Part shown: piece by piece, positions 14,623-22,713 of the stretch
Numbering within the stretch: the stretch's first letter is position 1
Layout of the letters: each line of letters starts with the position of its first letter
DNA from: Spirochaetaceae bacterium
GTDB taxonomy: Bacteria; Spirochaetota; Spirochaetia; SZUA-6; Fen-1364
Assembly: GCA_003170115.1 (NCBI GenBank)
Contig: PMZS01000194.1
Coordinates: 1-38,074, forward strand
Direction: 5' to 3'
DNA: 38,074 bases
Notes under the pieces: generated by a model
Told to the model about the DNA's origin: nothing
The model's input: the letters and a program-made list of their open reading frames with translations, nothing else
Database searches by the model: none
Translations under genes and position numbers: made by a program

Positions 14623-15846
14623 ATGCCGGCCAGCCCCGCGGAGCGCGTTTATACCGTGACCGAGATCACCCAGCTCATCAAGGCAACCCTCGAGGAGGGT
14701 TTCCCCTGGGTGACCGTTCAGGGCGAGATATCGAACTTCAGGCCCGCCAGCTCGGGCCATTGGTATTTCAGCCTGAAAGACACGGATGCGCTCATTTCCG
14801 TCGTGATGTTCAAAGGCAGGCTGGACGGGGTGCGTTTCACGCCCGCGGACGGCACTCTCGTGAAGGCCGCGGGAAGCGTCTCCGTGTACGCCCGACGCGG
14901 CAACTACCAGCTTATCTGCGAGTCCCTCATCAAGGCAGGCGAGGGAGATCTGCTTGCCCGGATGGAAGAGCTGAAGCGCAGGCTCGCCGCGGAAGGCCTT
15001 TTCGACCTGGACCGCAAGAAGCCGCTCCCCCTCTATCCTTCACGTGTTGCCGTGGTGACATCTCCGACTGGCGCCGCGGTCCGCGACATCCTGCGGGTCC
15101 TGCGGCGCCGCAGCGCCGGGGTGGACGTGGTGATCGTTCCCACGCCGGTACAGGGCGAAGGCGCCGAAGAACGCATTGCCCGCGCCATCGAGATTGCCGA
15201 TCGTCATCGCCTCGGAGAGGTCATCATCGTGGGAAGGGGTGGAGGGTCCCTCGAGGACCTTCTGGCATTCTCATCCGAGATCGTCGTGCGCGCCATCGCC
15301 GCGTCCAGGACCCCGATCATCTCCGCGGTCGGACACGAGACGGACGTCACCCTCTCGGACCTTGCGGCCGACGTTCGCGCCCCCACCCCGTCGGCCGCCG
15401 CTGAGATGGTGGCAGCCTCGCGCCCGGACCTGCTGGCGCGAGTGCGCGGCATGCAGGATTCAATGGCCTCCGGATTGCGCCAGCGGACGGAGCGCGTAAG
15501 ACTTCTCATGGCGCAGTTTGCCGCGGAAAACCTCGCGCGCAACGTCCGACTGTTCGTCCGACCCCTTTCCCAGACGGCCGACTACGCGCGGGAGGAGCTG
15601 ATGCAGGGATTCCGGGAAATGGTGAGGGCGCTTCGGCACCGCACCGCCCTTGCATCGCGGGAGCTTGCATCGTACTCGCCCCTGGAGATCCTTGCCCGCG
15701 GATACGCGGTGGTCACCCATGAGCCCACGGGGAAGATCCTGCTCTCCCCTGCCCACGTGCAGCGCGGAGAACTTCTTTCCATCAGGCTCTCGCGCGGAGG
15801 GATCCGCGCAACCGTGGAGGATACCAATGCCGGCGAAAAGCAGTGA
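14623..15846 (+). CDS. xseA: Exodeoxyribonuclease VII large subunit
   Basis: From ATG 14623: MPASPAERVYTVTEITQLIKATLEEGFPWVTVQGEISNFRPASSGHWYFSLKD, then RVAVVTSPTGAAVRDI, IIVGRGGGSLEDL and PIISAVGHETDVT. The upstream part of ORF 14239.. is antisense to the radical SAM gene and intergenic. Confidence 0.95.
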   Translation: MPASPAERVYTVTEITQLIKATLEEGFPWVTVQGEISNFRPASSGHWYFSLKDTDALISVVMFKGRLDGVRFTPADGTLVKAAGSVSVYARRGNYQLICESLIKAGEGDLLARMEELKRRLAAEGLFDLDRKKPLPLYPSRVAVVTSPTGAAVRDILRVLRRRSAGVDVVIVPTPVQGEGAEERIARAIEIADRHRLGEVIIVGRGGGSLEDLLAFSSEIVVRAIAASRTPIISAVGHETDVTLSDLAADVRAPTPSAAAEMVAASRPDLLARVRGMQDSMASGLRQRTERVRLLMAQFAAENLARNVRLFVRPLSQTADYAREELMQGFREMVRALRHRTALASRELASYSPLEILARGYAVVTHEPTGKILLSPAHVQRGELLSIRLSRGGIRATVEDTNAGEKQ

Positions 15847-16105
15847 TTCCAAAAAGGCTCCCCTGGGTTTCGAGCAGCGCCTGGAGCGGCTGGAGCATCT
15901 CGCCGAAATGCTGCGCGACGGGAATATCCCCCTTGAGGATGCAGTGGCGATCTTCGAAGAGGGGATGAAGCTGTCCAAGTCACTGGAAAAGGACCTGTCG
16001 AGAGTGGAGCGGAGGGTGGAAATCCTTACGCGGGAACCAGCGAGCGAGGCCGATGATCCGGGCCTTGCCCTTTTCCCGGAGCTCGATGAGGAGGAGAAGG
16101 AATAG
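15827..16105 (+). CDS. xseB: Exodeoxyribonuclease VII small subunit
   Basis: ATG 15827 lies 6 nt after GGAGG and overlaps the xseA 3' end by 20 nt. FEQRLERLEHLAEMLRDGNIPLEDAVAIFEEGMKLSKSLEKDL is the typical XseB pattern. Confidence 0.9.
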   Translation: MPAKSSDSKKAPLGFEQRLERLEHLAEMLRDGNIPLEDAVAIFEEGMKLSKSLEKDLSRVERRVEILTREPASEADDPGLALFPELDEEEKE

Positions 16106-16109
16106 TCGC

Positions 16110-16164
16110 CGCGGATTCGCGTCGCGGTATTCCGCGGATTCGCGTCGCGGTATTCCGCGGATTC
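16110..16164. repeat. 23-bp tandem repeat (2.4 copies) built from five CGCGG(T)ATTC sub-motifs
   Basis: CGCGGATTCGCGTCGCGGTATTC at 16110-16132 and 16133-16155, plus a partial CGCGGATTC at 16156-16164. Can form CGCGG-TATT-CCGCG hairpins. Lies between the convergent stops of xseB (16105) and the DUF192 gene (16176). Confidence 0.85.
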
Positions 16165-16175
16165 AGGCAGCCGAT

Positions 16176-16604
16176 TCATGGGAAACGATTCGGGAATTGA
16201 AACTTGTCCCCTTCGCTGATGCCGAGCTCAGCGAAGGCGCCCTTTCTCATTTCCAGAGCGTAGCGGGCAGACAGTCGGGAGCGCACGATTGTCTCGGAAA
16301 AGGGTTGCATGTCCTCGATCTGCAGAATCTTTCCATCGGCCGCGAGAAATGCAATGGAAAGCGGGCTCGGCGTGTTCTTCATCCAGAATGAAAGGTGATC
16401 ATCCCGGTCGAACACGAATATCATGCCGTCCCGGGGCCCCAGGTTCGCCCTCTCCATGAGTCCGCGTTCCCGCTGCGCTTCGGTGCGTGCCACTTCCACG
16501 GTTAGCGATTGCCCGGCGGCGCGGAGCGTGACACGTTCTGGTGGAGATTGGCATGAGGAGAACCAGGCTGAGATCAGGATGAACGCAACGACCTTACTGG
16601 ACAT
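16176..16604 (-). CDS. DUF192 domain-containing lipoprotein
   Basis: Lipobox-like ISAWFSSC. RERGLMER..GMIFVFD...SFWMKNTPSPLSIAFL..GKIL...ARYALEMRKG matches the DUF192 pattern. Confidence 0.8.
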   Translation of the reverse strand: MSSKVVAFILISAWFSSCQSPPERVTLRAAGQSLTVEVARTEAQRERGLMERANLGPRDGMIFVFDRDDHLSFWMKNTPSPLSIAFLAADGKILQIEDMQPFSETIVRSRLSARYALEMRKGAFAELGISEGDKFQFPNRFP

Positions 16605-17868
16605 GGACCATCCAGCCCTTCAGGTATTCACCTTCAGGGTGCGAGGCGGCAACCGGGTGATCGAGGTCCGCGTGCAGCTCGCCCAGCAGCCGTGCCGCCC
16701 TGCCGGACCGCAGGGCCGCCTCCGCGACGACCTGCTGGAACGTCGCCCGGTCCACGGCCCCCGAGCAGGAAAAGAGAAAGGCCAGGCCTCCGGGTGAGAG
16801 GATGCGCAGGCATTGTTGAAAGAGGCTGAGGTAGCCTTTCAGTGCCCCTTCACGCTCGACCCTGCGGCGGGCGAATGGCGGGGGATCAGCCACGAGCACG
16901 TCGCAGCGCGGCGGCGACTCGAGGAACGTGAAGACATCCGCCTGCACCCATTCGAATGCGTCGCTCTTGAGGCCCGGGGAAAGGCTCACGCTCGCTTCCG
17001 CCAGGTCGAGGGCGCTGCGGGAGCTGTCCACCGATATCACTTTCCGCGCACCGGCGGCGGCCGCGCGGAGTGCGACGGCACCGGTGTATGAAAAAAGATT
17101 GAGCACGGTCTTGTCCCTGCTGCAGCGCGATATCAGGGTCCTGTTCGCACGCTGGTCGAGATAGAAGCCCGTTTTCTGGCCGTGGGCAAAATCGACCCTG
17201 AGCCGCACCCCTCCTTCGCGGATCACCGTCGAGCCCTCGCCCTCACCACGAGCGTAGCCGGAGGCCGTGCTCAACTTTTCCACGCGGGCAAAGTGCTCAT
17301 CCCTGCGGATGAACACGTGAAGGTCTGACCGCATGCCCCGGAGGCTGTCCACGATCCTCTCGAGCCCCGCCTCGACGCCCCGGGTGTGCGGGCACACGAC
17401 GGCCGTGTCGGCGTAGAGATCGATCACCAGTCCTGGAAGGAAATCACCTTCCGCATTCACAATGCGATAGGAATCGGTGTCGAGGCCGAGCCCGGTTCGG
17501 AGGCTCCAGGCCGCTTTTATGCGCTGCTCGATCCAATCCTCCTCGGGTTTTTCAGCGGAATAGGACACCATCCGCACCGCAATGAGGCTTTCGGGCGAGT
17601 GCTGGCCCCACCCTATCACGGACCCGTCCGCGGCGCGGACAGGAAGGATGGACCCCGCGGGAGCGGACTCGTCGACATACGCAATGGCCTGGCTGTAGAT
17701 CCAGGGGTGATGCCGGCGGCGCACTGGGCCGTCCCGGCCTTCCTTGAGGAGAATGCCCGGCGCCGAAGGCGCGTTTCTCTCCCGGGTTTCAGAACTGCTC
17801 AAGAAACTTCTCGCGAGAGAGCTGATCGAGGTCTTTCTGTGCGCCGCCTTTGGACAGAATCGCGGCAA
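16594..17868 (-). CDS. rlmI: Class I SAM-dependent rRNA methyltransferase, RlmI-like (PUA + MTase)
   Basis: LLKEGRDGPVRRRHHPWIYSQAI (RlmI-type N-terminus), QKTGFYLDQRANR, VLNLFSYTGAVAL and VADPPPFA. The start is uncertain: the ORF begins at TTG 17868 inside the upstream gene, and TTG 17802 is an alternative. Confidence 0.8.
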   Translation of the reverse strand: MPRFCPKAAHRKTSISSLARSFLSSSETRERNAPSAPGILLKEGRDGPVRRRHHPWIYSQAIAYVDESAPAGSILPVRAADGSVIGWGQHSPESLIAVRMVSYSAEKPEEDWIEQRIKAAWSLRTGLGLDTDSYRIVNAEGDFLPGLVIDLYADTAVVCPHTRGVEAGLERIVDSLRGMRSDLHVFIRRDEHFARVEKLSTASGYARGEGEGSTVIREGGVRLRVDFAHGQKTGFYLDQRANRTLISRCSRDKTVLNLFSYTGAVALRAAAAGARKVISVDSSRSALDLAEASVSLSPGLKSDAFEWVQADVFTFLESPPRCDVLVADPPPFARRRVEREGALKGYLSLFQQCLRILSPGGLAFLFSCSGAVDRATFQQVVAEAALRSGRAARLLGELHADLDHPVAASHPEGEYLKGWMVHVQ

Positions 17869-18364
17869 AAGTCCTGTTGTCGACGTACTTCACCGTGAGA
17901 GGGCGCTCAAGGGAGAACCGCACGGGTTCCGACAGCCAGACGCTCTCCTCCGGGCTGAGACTCGTGGGCTGGCCGTACTTGGTCGACAGCGTGTTGAAGA
18001 GGGAATAGTGGTCAAGCTTCTGGGCATCGAGAACGAGGATCATGATGAAAAGGCGGCTGTCGGCGAACTGGAAATACGCGCGGCGCACGTAGGTGGTGCC
18101 CTCACATTCAATGAGGTATTGGCTGGTCTGAGGGAGGAAGCTCACGTCGGGGTCCCCGCGGTAGCGGAACAGCGGATCCGCCTTCAGGGCTGCCTTTACC
18201 TGGTCCAGCCCCATCCCAAGGGACACGTTGCGGAAGCTCGAGGGAAGTGCCGCAGCCGCGGCGGTCGTGCCGGGAGCGCCCTGAGCGAACGCGGCTGACG
18301 AACAGAGGATGATCACAAGAGCACGGACTAAAGGGCGCATAGGTCCTGCCATGGCTGTACTCAT
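17789..18364 (-). CDS. Secreted hypothetical protein
   Basis: Signal peptide MRPLVRALVIILCSSAAFAQGA (start ATG 18364 or 18340). Ordinary coding composition. No family recognised. Confidence 0.6.
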   Translation of the reverse strand: MSTAMAGPMRPLVRALVIILCSSAAFAQGAPGTTAAAAALPSSFRNVSLGMGLDQVKAALKADPLFRYRGDPDVSFLPQTSQYLIECEGTTYVRRAYFQFADSRLFIMILVLDAQKLDHYSLFNTLSTKYGQPTSLSPEESVWLSEPVRFSLERPLTVKYVDNRTFAAILSKGGAQKDLDQLSREKFLEQF

Positions 18365-18406
18365 TCATATATCGGCGAAACAGGCAACCGGTCAAAGCCC
18401 GAGAGA

Positions 18407-18426
18407 GCCTCTGATCTGGCAGAGGC
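18407..18426. promoter_or_regulatory. Perfect 7-bp inverted repeat in a divergent promoter region
   Basis: GCCTCTG-atctgg-CAGAGGC (18407-18426), between divergent genes starting at 18364 (-) and 18494 (+). Confidence 0.4.
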
Positions 18427-18457
18427 GGTCCTTAGATCCACGGGCCTTCGATCCGCC

Positions 18458-18487
18458 TTGAACTCCACGCCGGGGGAGAGATACAAT
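18458..18487 (+). promoter_or_regulatory. Putative promoter of the PEGA lipoprotein gene at leaderless spacing
   Basis: TTGAAC (18458-18463), 18 nt, TACAAT (18482-18487), 6 nt, ATG 18494. Confidence 0.4.
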
Positions 18488-18493
18488 GGGTCC

Positions 18494-20191
18494 ATGAGGA
18501 CTCGGGCTCCCCTGCAAATGCTGTGTGCGATGATCTGCGCAGGCTCCGTGCTTTTCGCCGTATCCTGCGCGACCTCGAAGGGCGCCACGCTCGGTAAGGT
18601 CATTTCGGCGCAAGACTCATCGGCCGGTTCCCAAAGGTCTTCGGGCAACCCGCCGCAGGAGCCGTCGCAGAACCCGCCGGGCAGCAGCAAGGGCCTGCAG
18701 GTCCTGACGGATCCCCCCTCCGTGGAAGTCTGGATCGATGGAGATTTCAAGGGCCTCTCGCCGTTTGTCATGGAGGACATCTCCACAGGATGGCACCGGA
18801 TCCTGCTGAGGAAAGAAGGGTATTACGAGAGCTCCGCATGGGTGGAGTTCAAGGGCGATCCCCTGCTCTTCCAGTCAACCCTCGCCGAGATAATCGGTTT
18901 CCTCCAGATTACCGCCACCCCGCCAGACATCACCGTGACCGTGGACGGCCAGGTCATTCCGCAGGGAACACAACAGGTCCCCGTCGGCCACCACGAGGTC
19001 GTCCTGAAAGCATTCGGGTACACCCCTTACACGACATCGGTCGTGATCGCAGAGAAGGCAGTCACGGCCTTGTCCGTGTCCCTCGAACCTGCGCCCTTCG
19101 ACGTCACCGCCTTTTCGATTCCGAAGACTGCGGTCAATCCCGCCAATCCCGGCATGATCGGGTCCCTCGAGGTGAACTTCTCCGTGACCGGTCCCGGGGC
19201 GGGGGAGATCCACGTGGTCGATTCAAAGGGTGACGATGTCTACACGCGTGCGCTTTCCGATTTCACCACCTGGGAGCAGTCCTGCACCTGGGACGTGCAT
19301 TCCTCCACAGGGCAGGCGCTCACCGACGGCGTGTACACTTTGAGGCTTGTCGCAACGGGACACGGTGGGCAGGCTCCCGTGACAAGGGAGACGCAGTTCA
19401 CCGTTGACAGTGCCCTCAAGGTAGCCCCCCGCAGCGTGTGGAGCGGCAGTGCCGGCCTCCTCTACGCCCCGGTGGCGGAGATTCTCCCCGAGGGTGACTT
19501 CCAGATCGGGATGCTGGGCGCCGGGCTGTCGGACCCGAGCCTCGGCATCGAGGCGCCCGTGCAGCTTGGCGTACGGATTGGCGTCGCCCCGGGGATGGAG
19601 CTCGATGCTTCGGCCGGTGTGATCGCCACGTCCACGGTCCTTCCTCTCACCGCAGGCGTTGCAGCCCGCTGGAATCTGCTCAGGCCGCGCGGCGGAACTG
19701 GCACGTCCGCCGCCATACAGGTAAAGCTTGCGGGCCAGGTCTCCACAACCCAGGACAGCGTAAATCCGCTCATGACGGATACTTTCGCCAACTTCACGGG
19801 GATCAGTGTGGAGCTGCCCCTCCAGCTCACCGTGGGGGCGCTGAGCGGACTGCTTTCCTTCGGGGCAACCGGGTCCGTGTGGTATCCGTACCTGTTCAAG
19901 GCGGACGGCGTCACGCCCCGGTTCGGCCCTGTTGCCTGGCTCTATATTCGCGCGGGAATCCTCCTGGATCTGGGGCCCGTGAGCGCGGGTATTTCAGCGA
20001 GCACCCGTACACAGCAGCTCCCTGGAGGAATAGCCTTCCTGAGCTCGCCGATTCCCTTCGAGGCGGGAGCGGAAATCCACTGGCTCATCCCCGGTACGAG
20101 GCTCATGATCTCCGGCATCTTCGCCGGGGAGTACCAGGACTCCGACAACTATTTCTTCATGGGCGGAGGAGGGCTGGGGTTCCTCTATTGA
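18494..20191 (+). CDS. Lipoprotein with two PEGA domains, a FlgD-Ig-like domain and a C-terminal beta-barrel-like region
   Basis: Lipobox LFAVSC. PEGA-like LQVLTDPPSVEVWIDGDFKGLSPF...HRILLRKEGY and LQITATPPDITVTVDGQVIP...HEVVLKAFGY. FlgD_ig-like VNPANPG...IHVVDSKGDDV...WDVHSSTGQALTDGVYTLRLVA. Gly/aromatic-rich tail ending GGGGLGFLY. Confidence 0.75.
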   Translation: MRTRAPLQMLCAMICAGSVLFAVSCATSKGATLGKVISAQDSSAGSQRSSGNPPQEPSQNPPGSSKGLQVLTDPPSVEVWIDGDFKGLSPFVMEDISTGWHRILLRKEGYYESSAWVEFKGDPLLFQSTLAEIIGFLQITATPPDITVTVDGQVIPQGTQQVPVGHHEVVLKAFGYTPYTTSVVIAEKAVTALSVSLEPAPFDVTAFSIPKTAVNPANPGMIGSLEVNFSVTGPGAGEIHVVDSKGDDVYTRALSDFTTWEQSCTWDVHSSTGQALTDGVYTLRLVATGHGGQAPVTRETQFTVDSALKVAPRSVWSGSAGLLYAPVAEILPEGDFQIGMLGAGLSDPSLGIEAPVQLGVRIGVAPGMELDASAGVIATSTVLPLTAGVAARWNLLRPRGGTGTSAAIQVKLAGQVSTTQDSVNPLMTDTFANFTGISVELPLQLTVGALSGLLSFGATGSVWYPYLFKADGVTPRFGPVAWLYIRAGILLDLGPVSAGISASTRTQQLPGGIAFLSSPIPFEAGAEIHWLIPGTRLMISGIFAGEYQDSDNYFFMGGGGLGFLY

Positions 20192-20194
20192 GGC

Positions 20195-20518
20195 TCAGCC
20201 CCGCAGGACGAGAAGGACAACGAGACCCACAATAAGAGCGCCGAGGACGACGGCGGCGGCGCGGTAGAAGCCCGGGGGCAGCCCCGGTTTTCTGCGCCTG
20301 CCGTTGCCAGGTTCAGCCAAAGGCGATTCATTCGATGTCGTGCGGAATCCACAGACGGGACAGCCGGAGCGAAATTCGGGCGCCCGTCCTTCGTACCCGC
20401 ATTTTGGACAACGCACGGCGGTGAACACGCTGCCACAGGAAGGGCACGTCGAGGCCCCGGCGCGGACCTCGGCTCCGCAGGCTTCACAGAAATAGCGCGG
20501 TCTCACCCGTGGTTTCAT
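20195..20518 (-). CDS. Double zinc-ribbon protein with C-terminal transmembrane anchor
   Basis: From ATG 20518: CEACG..CPSCG and CPKCG..CPVCG pairs, then a Pro/Arg linker and the TM segment AAAVVLGALIVGLVVLLVL. The stop lies 3 nt from the convergent stop of the PEGA gene. Confidence 0.6.
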   Translation of the reverse strand: MKPRVRPRYFCEACGAEVRAGASTCPSCGSVFTAVRCPKCGYEGRAPEFRSGCPVCGFRTTSNESPLAEPGNGRRRKPGLPPGFYRAAAVVLGALIVGLVVLLVLRG

Positions 20519-20546
20519 AGAGTGTGCCTTGTCACGACTTTCGGCA

Positions 20547-20575
20547 TTGCCTCCCTGAGCCCACGTGTTTATACT
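20547..20575 (+). promoter_or_regulatory. Putative ychF promoter
   Basis: TTGCCT (20547-20552), 17 nt, TATACT (20570-20575), then a 31-nt leader with SD AAGGAGAAGGG before ATG 20607. A divergent TTGATT-18-TATAAA pair on the minus strand overlaps it. Confidence 0.45.
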
Positions 20576-20606
20576 GCCGGCTGATACGCGCAATCAAGGA
20601 GAAGGG

Positions 20607-21659
20607 ATGGAAACCGCGATCATCGGCCTGGCTCGCTCGGGCAAGACGACGATATTCAATGCGTTGACCGGCCAGGCAGCGCTCACGGGAGACGCGGCCG
20701 GCGGCCGGAAGCAGGCGGCGCTCTCCGAAGTGAAAGTCCCCGACGAAAGGCTGGACAAGCTTGCGAGCCTGTACGAGCCGAAGAAGCTCACCCATGCCAG
20801 CGTGCTCTTCAAGGACCTGCCGCTGGACCATGACGAGGAGGGGGGGATCACCGCGGCGAGCCTTGCGGACGTGCGGCGTGCGGATGCCGTGGCGATCGTG
20901 ATCCGGGCGTTCTCGAACGATTCGGTGATGCCGGCCCTGAAGGATTCCGCCCCGCTGCGGGACCTGCGTAAGGTCACCGATTCCCTTGTTTTCGGGGACT
21001 ACGAGATCGCTGAGAAGAGGCTGGAACGCCTGGACAAAGAGGCCAAGAGAGACACGCGTGAATACCATCTCCTTCGACAGATCGTCGACCGCCTGGGCAC
21101 CGGCACTCCCCTGGGCGCCGGATTCTTCTCGGCCGAGGATGCCCGCATTTTCGCCGGCTTCGGATTTCTCACCGCCAAGCCGCTCTTCGTCATCATCAAT
21201 ACCGGCGGGACTTCCCTTGCGCACGAGGACCTTCTCCGCCAGGCCGCGGAAAGCGGTACGGACTCTTTTGACATTCGGGGCGATCTCGAGATGGAAATCG
21301 CCCAGCTCCCACCGGCCGATCAGAAGGATTTTCTTGCGGACATGGGCCTCGAGGAGCCGGCAAAAAACCGGTTCCTCCGTCACGTCTATTCGACCCTGCA
21401 CCTGGTGAGCTTCTTCACCGTGGGGGACGACGAGTGCAAGGCCTGGAGCATCCGCGAGGGCACCACCGCCGTGGCCGCCGCGGGGGAGATCCATTCCGAC
21501 CTGGCAAAAGGTTTCATCAGGGCGGAGGTTGCGCGGTGGCAGGATGTGGTTGAAAGCGGGGACTTCGCGGCAGCGAAAAAGGCGAACAAGCTCCGCCTGG
21601 AGGGCAAGGAGTACGTCGTGCGGGACGGCGACGTTCTCCTCATCCGCTTCAACGTGTAG
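20607..21659 (+). CDS. ychF: YchF-family P-loop NTPase (DUF933 C-terminal domain)
   Basis: METAIIGLARSGKTTIFNALTG (P-loop). C-terminal FFTVGDDECKAWSIREGTTAVAAAGEIHSDLAKGFIRAEV...RLEGKEYVVRDGDVLLIRFNV is typical of YchF/OLA1. Confidence 0.9.
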   Translation: METAIIGLARSGKTTIFNALTGQAALTGDAAGGRKQAALSEVKVPDERLDKLASLYEPKKLTHASVLFKDLPLDHDEEGGITAASLADVRRADAVAIVIRAFSNDSVMPALKDSAPLRDLRKVTDSLVFGDYEIAEKRLERLDKEAKRDTREYHLLRQIVDRLGTGTPLGAGFFSAEDARIFAGFGFLTAKPLFVIINTGGTSLAHEDLLRQAAESGTDSFDIRGDLEMEIAQLPPADQKDFLADMGLEEPAKNRFLRHVYSTLHLVSFFTVGDDECKAWSIREGTTAVAAAGEIHSDLAKGFIRAEVARWQDVVESGDFAAAKKANKLRLEGKEYVVRDGDVLLIRFNV

Positions 21660-22713
21660 CGCCCATCGCGGGTGCCGGGAAAGTGGAGTAGTAAAACTCC
21701 TCCCATATCCCCAATGCCCGGTCGTACCAGCCGGCCGTGAGATCGACCGTCGGCGAGGTTCCCGCGGCCGAAAGGACCCCCGATGCCAGGTCATCCGCTC
21801 CCACGTCCAGCTCCACCGCGGTTCCAAGTGTTTTCACGGTCCCCAGCAGTCGGGGAGCTGACCCTTTCTGCCACAGGATGCACGCTCCTCGATCGCCCCT
21901 GGCCATTGGCTCGATCTCCAGCGTGAGGGGGTTCTCTCTTCCCGCGGCGCGGGTGTCGAAAACATACAGAAAATACGAGACAGAAGGTGAGAAGCCGCCA
22001 GGCACATTCAGGGCCAGCTTCAGGCCGTCGGAGTCCAGGGAGCCCTGCACGGACGCGATCCGAGTGCCCGTCTGGGTCCAGGAACGCGATTCAGAGATCG
22101 ACAGAACCTTGAAGCTTCCGCTGCTTTCCCGGGTGAAAACAGCCGGGTCGAAAGAAGAAGAGAAAGTGACGATAGCCGGCAGCCCCGTGGTCCCCGTGGG
22201 CGCTCCTGTCCCCTCAGTGTCCGTGGTTCGGTTCGACGCGACAGTCGTGCCCTGGGCAGAGGCAGGGCGAGCGTACTGCGCGAGCTTTCCGACACCTCGT
22301 CGTACGTTGAGCTGTGCCGGGCTCGCAAATACCGCGTAGAAACGCTCTCCGACGCTGCTATCGGCCTGCAGGGCCACCACACGGACAGGGAAATCATCCG
22401 CATCCAGCTGCGCGAAAAAGCCGACAAGAAGGTGCACACCCTCCGTCAGGCCTGTGAGCTTCGCCTCTGCCTGGGGAGCCAGGGCGGCGAAGGTGGCGCC
22501 GGTGTCCGCCGTGGAAAAGTATGCCGCCACCTTGCTCGCAAGGAGCGGGCTTCCGGCCGTCAGGCCGGAGAGCTCCTTCGGATCGATCACGTAATAGAAG
22601 GTCGAGTCCTCCTGGTTCTGCAGGGACACGACGGGGCTCTGCCCGAAGGCAAGCGCGCAGGTAAAAGCGGCGGCGGCCGCACACAGCAGTGTCTTGTTCA
22701 TTGGTCTCCTCAT
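21649..22713 (-). CDS. Secreted hypothetical protein (last gene of the TPR / sensor-phosphatase operon)
   Basis: ATG 22713 overlaps the upstream stop (ATGA); an alternative ATG is at 22701. Signal peptide MNKTLLCAAAAAFTCALAFG. No family recognised. The 3' end overlaps ychF by 11 nt in convergent orientation. Confidence 0.6.
   Translation of the reverse strand: MRRPMNKTLLCAAAAAFTCALAFGQSPVVSLQNQEDSTFYYVIDPKELSGLTAGSPLLASKVAAYFSTADTGATFAALAPQAEAKLTGLTEGVHLLVGFFAQLDADDFPVRVVALQADSSVGERFYAVFASPAQLNVRRGVGKLAQYARPASAQGTTVASNRTTDTEGTGAPTGTTGLPAIVTFSSSFDPAVFTRESSGSFKVLSISESRSWTQTGTRIASVQGSLDSDGLKLALNVPGGFSPSVSYFLYVFDTRAAGRENPLTLEIEPMARGDRGACILWQKGSAPRLLGTVKTLGTAVELDVGADDLASGVLSAAGTSPTVDLTAGWYDRALGIWEEFYYSTFPAPAMGATR

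Noticed and set aside
16110-16164. Possible CRISPR array
   Set aside because: The repeats are directly tandem with no spacers, there are only 2.4 copies of 23 bp, and no cas genes are present anywhere in the window.
20532-21827. 431-aa minus-strand ORF
   Set aside because: Antisense to ychF, which has an unambiguous P-loop and YchF C-terminal domain. Arg/Gly/Pro-rich composition and no start signals.
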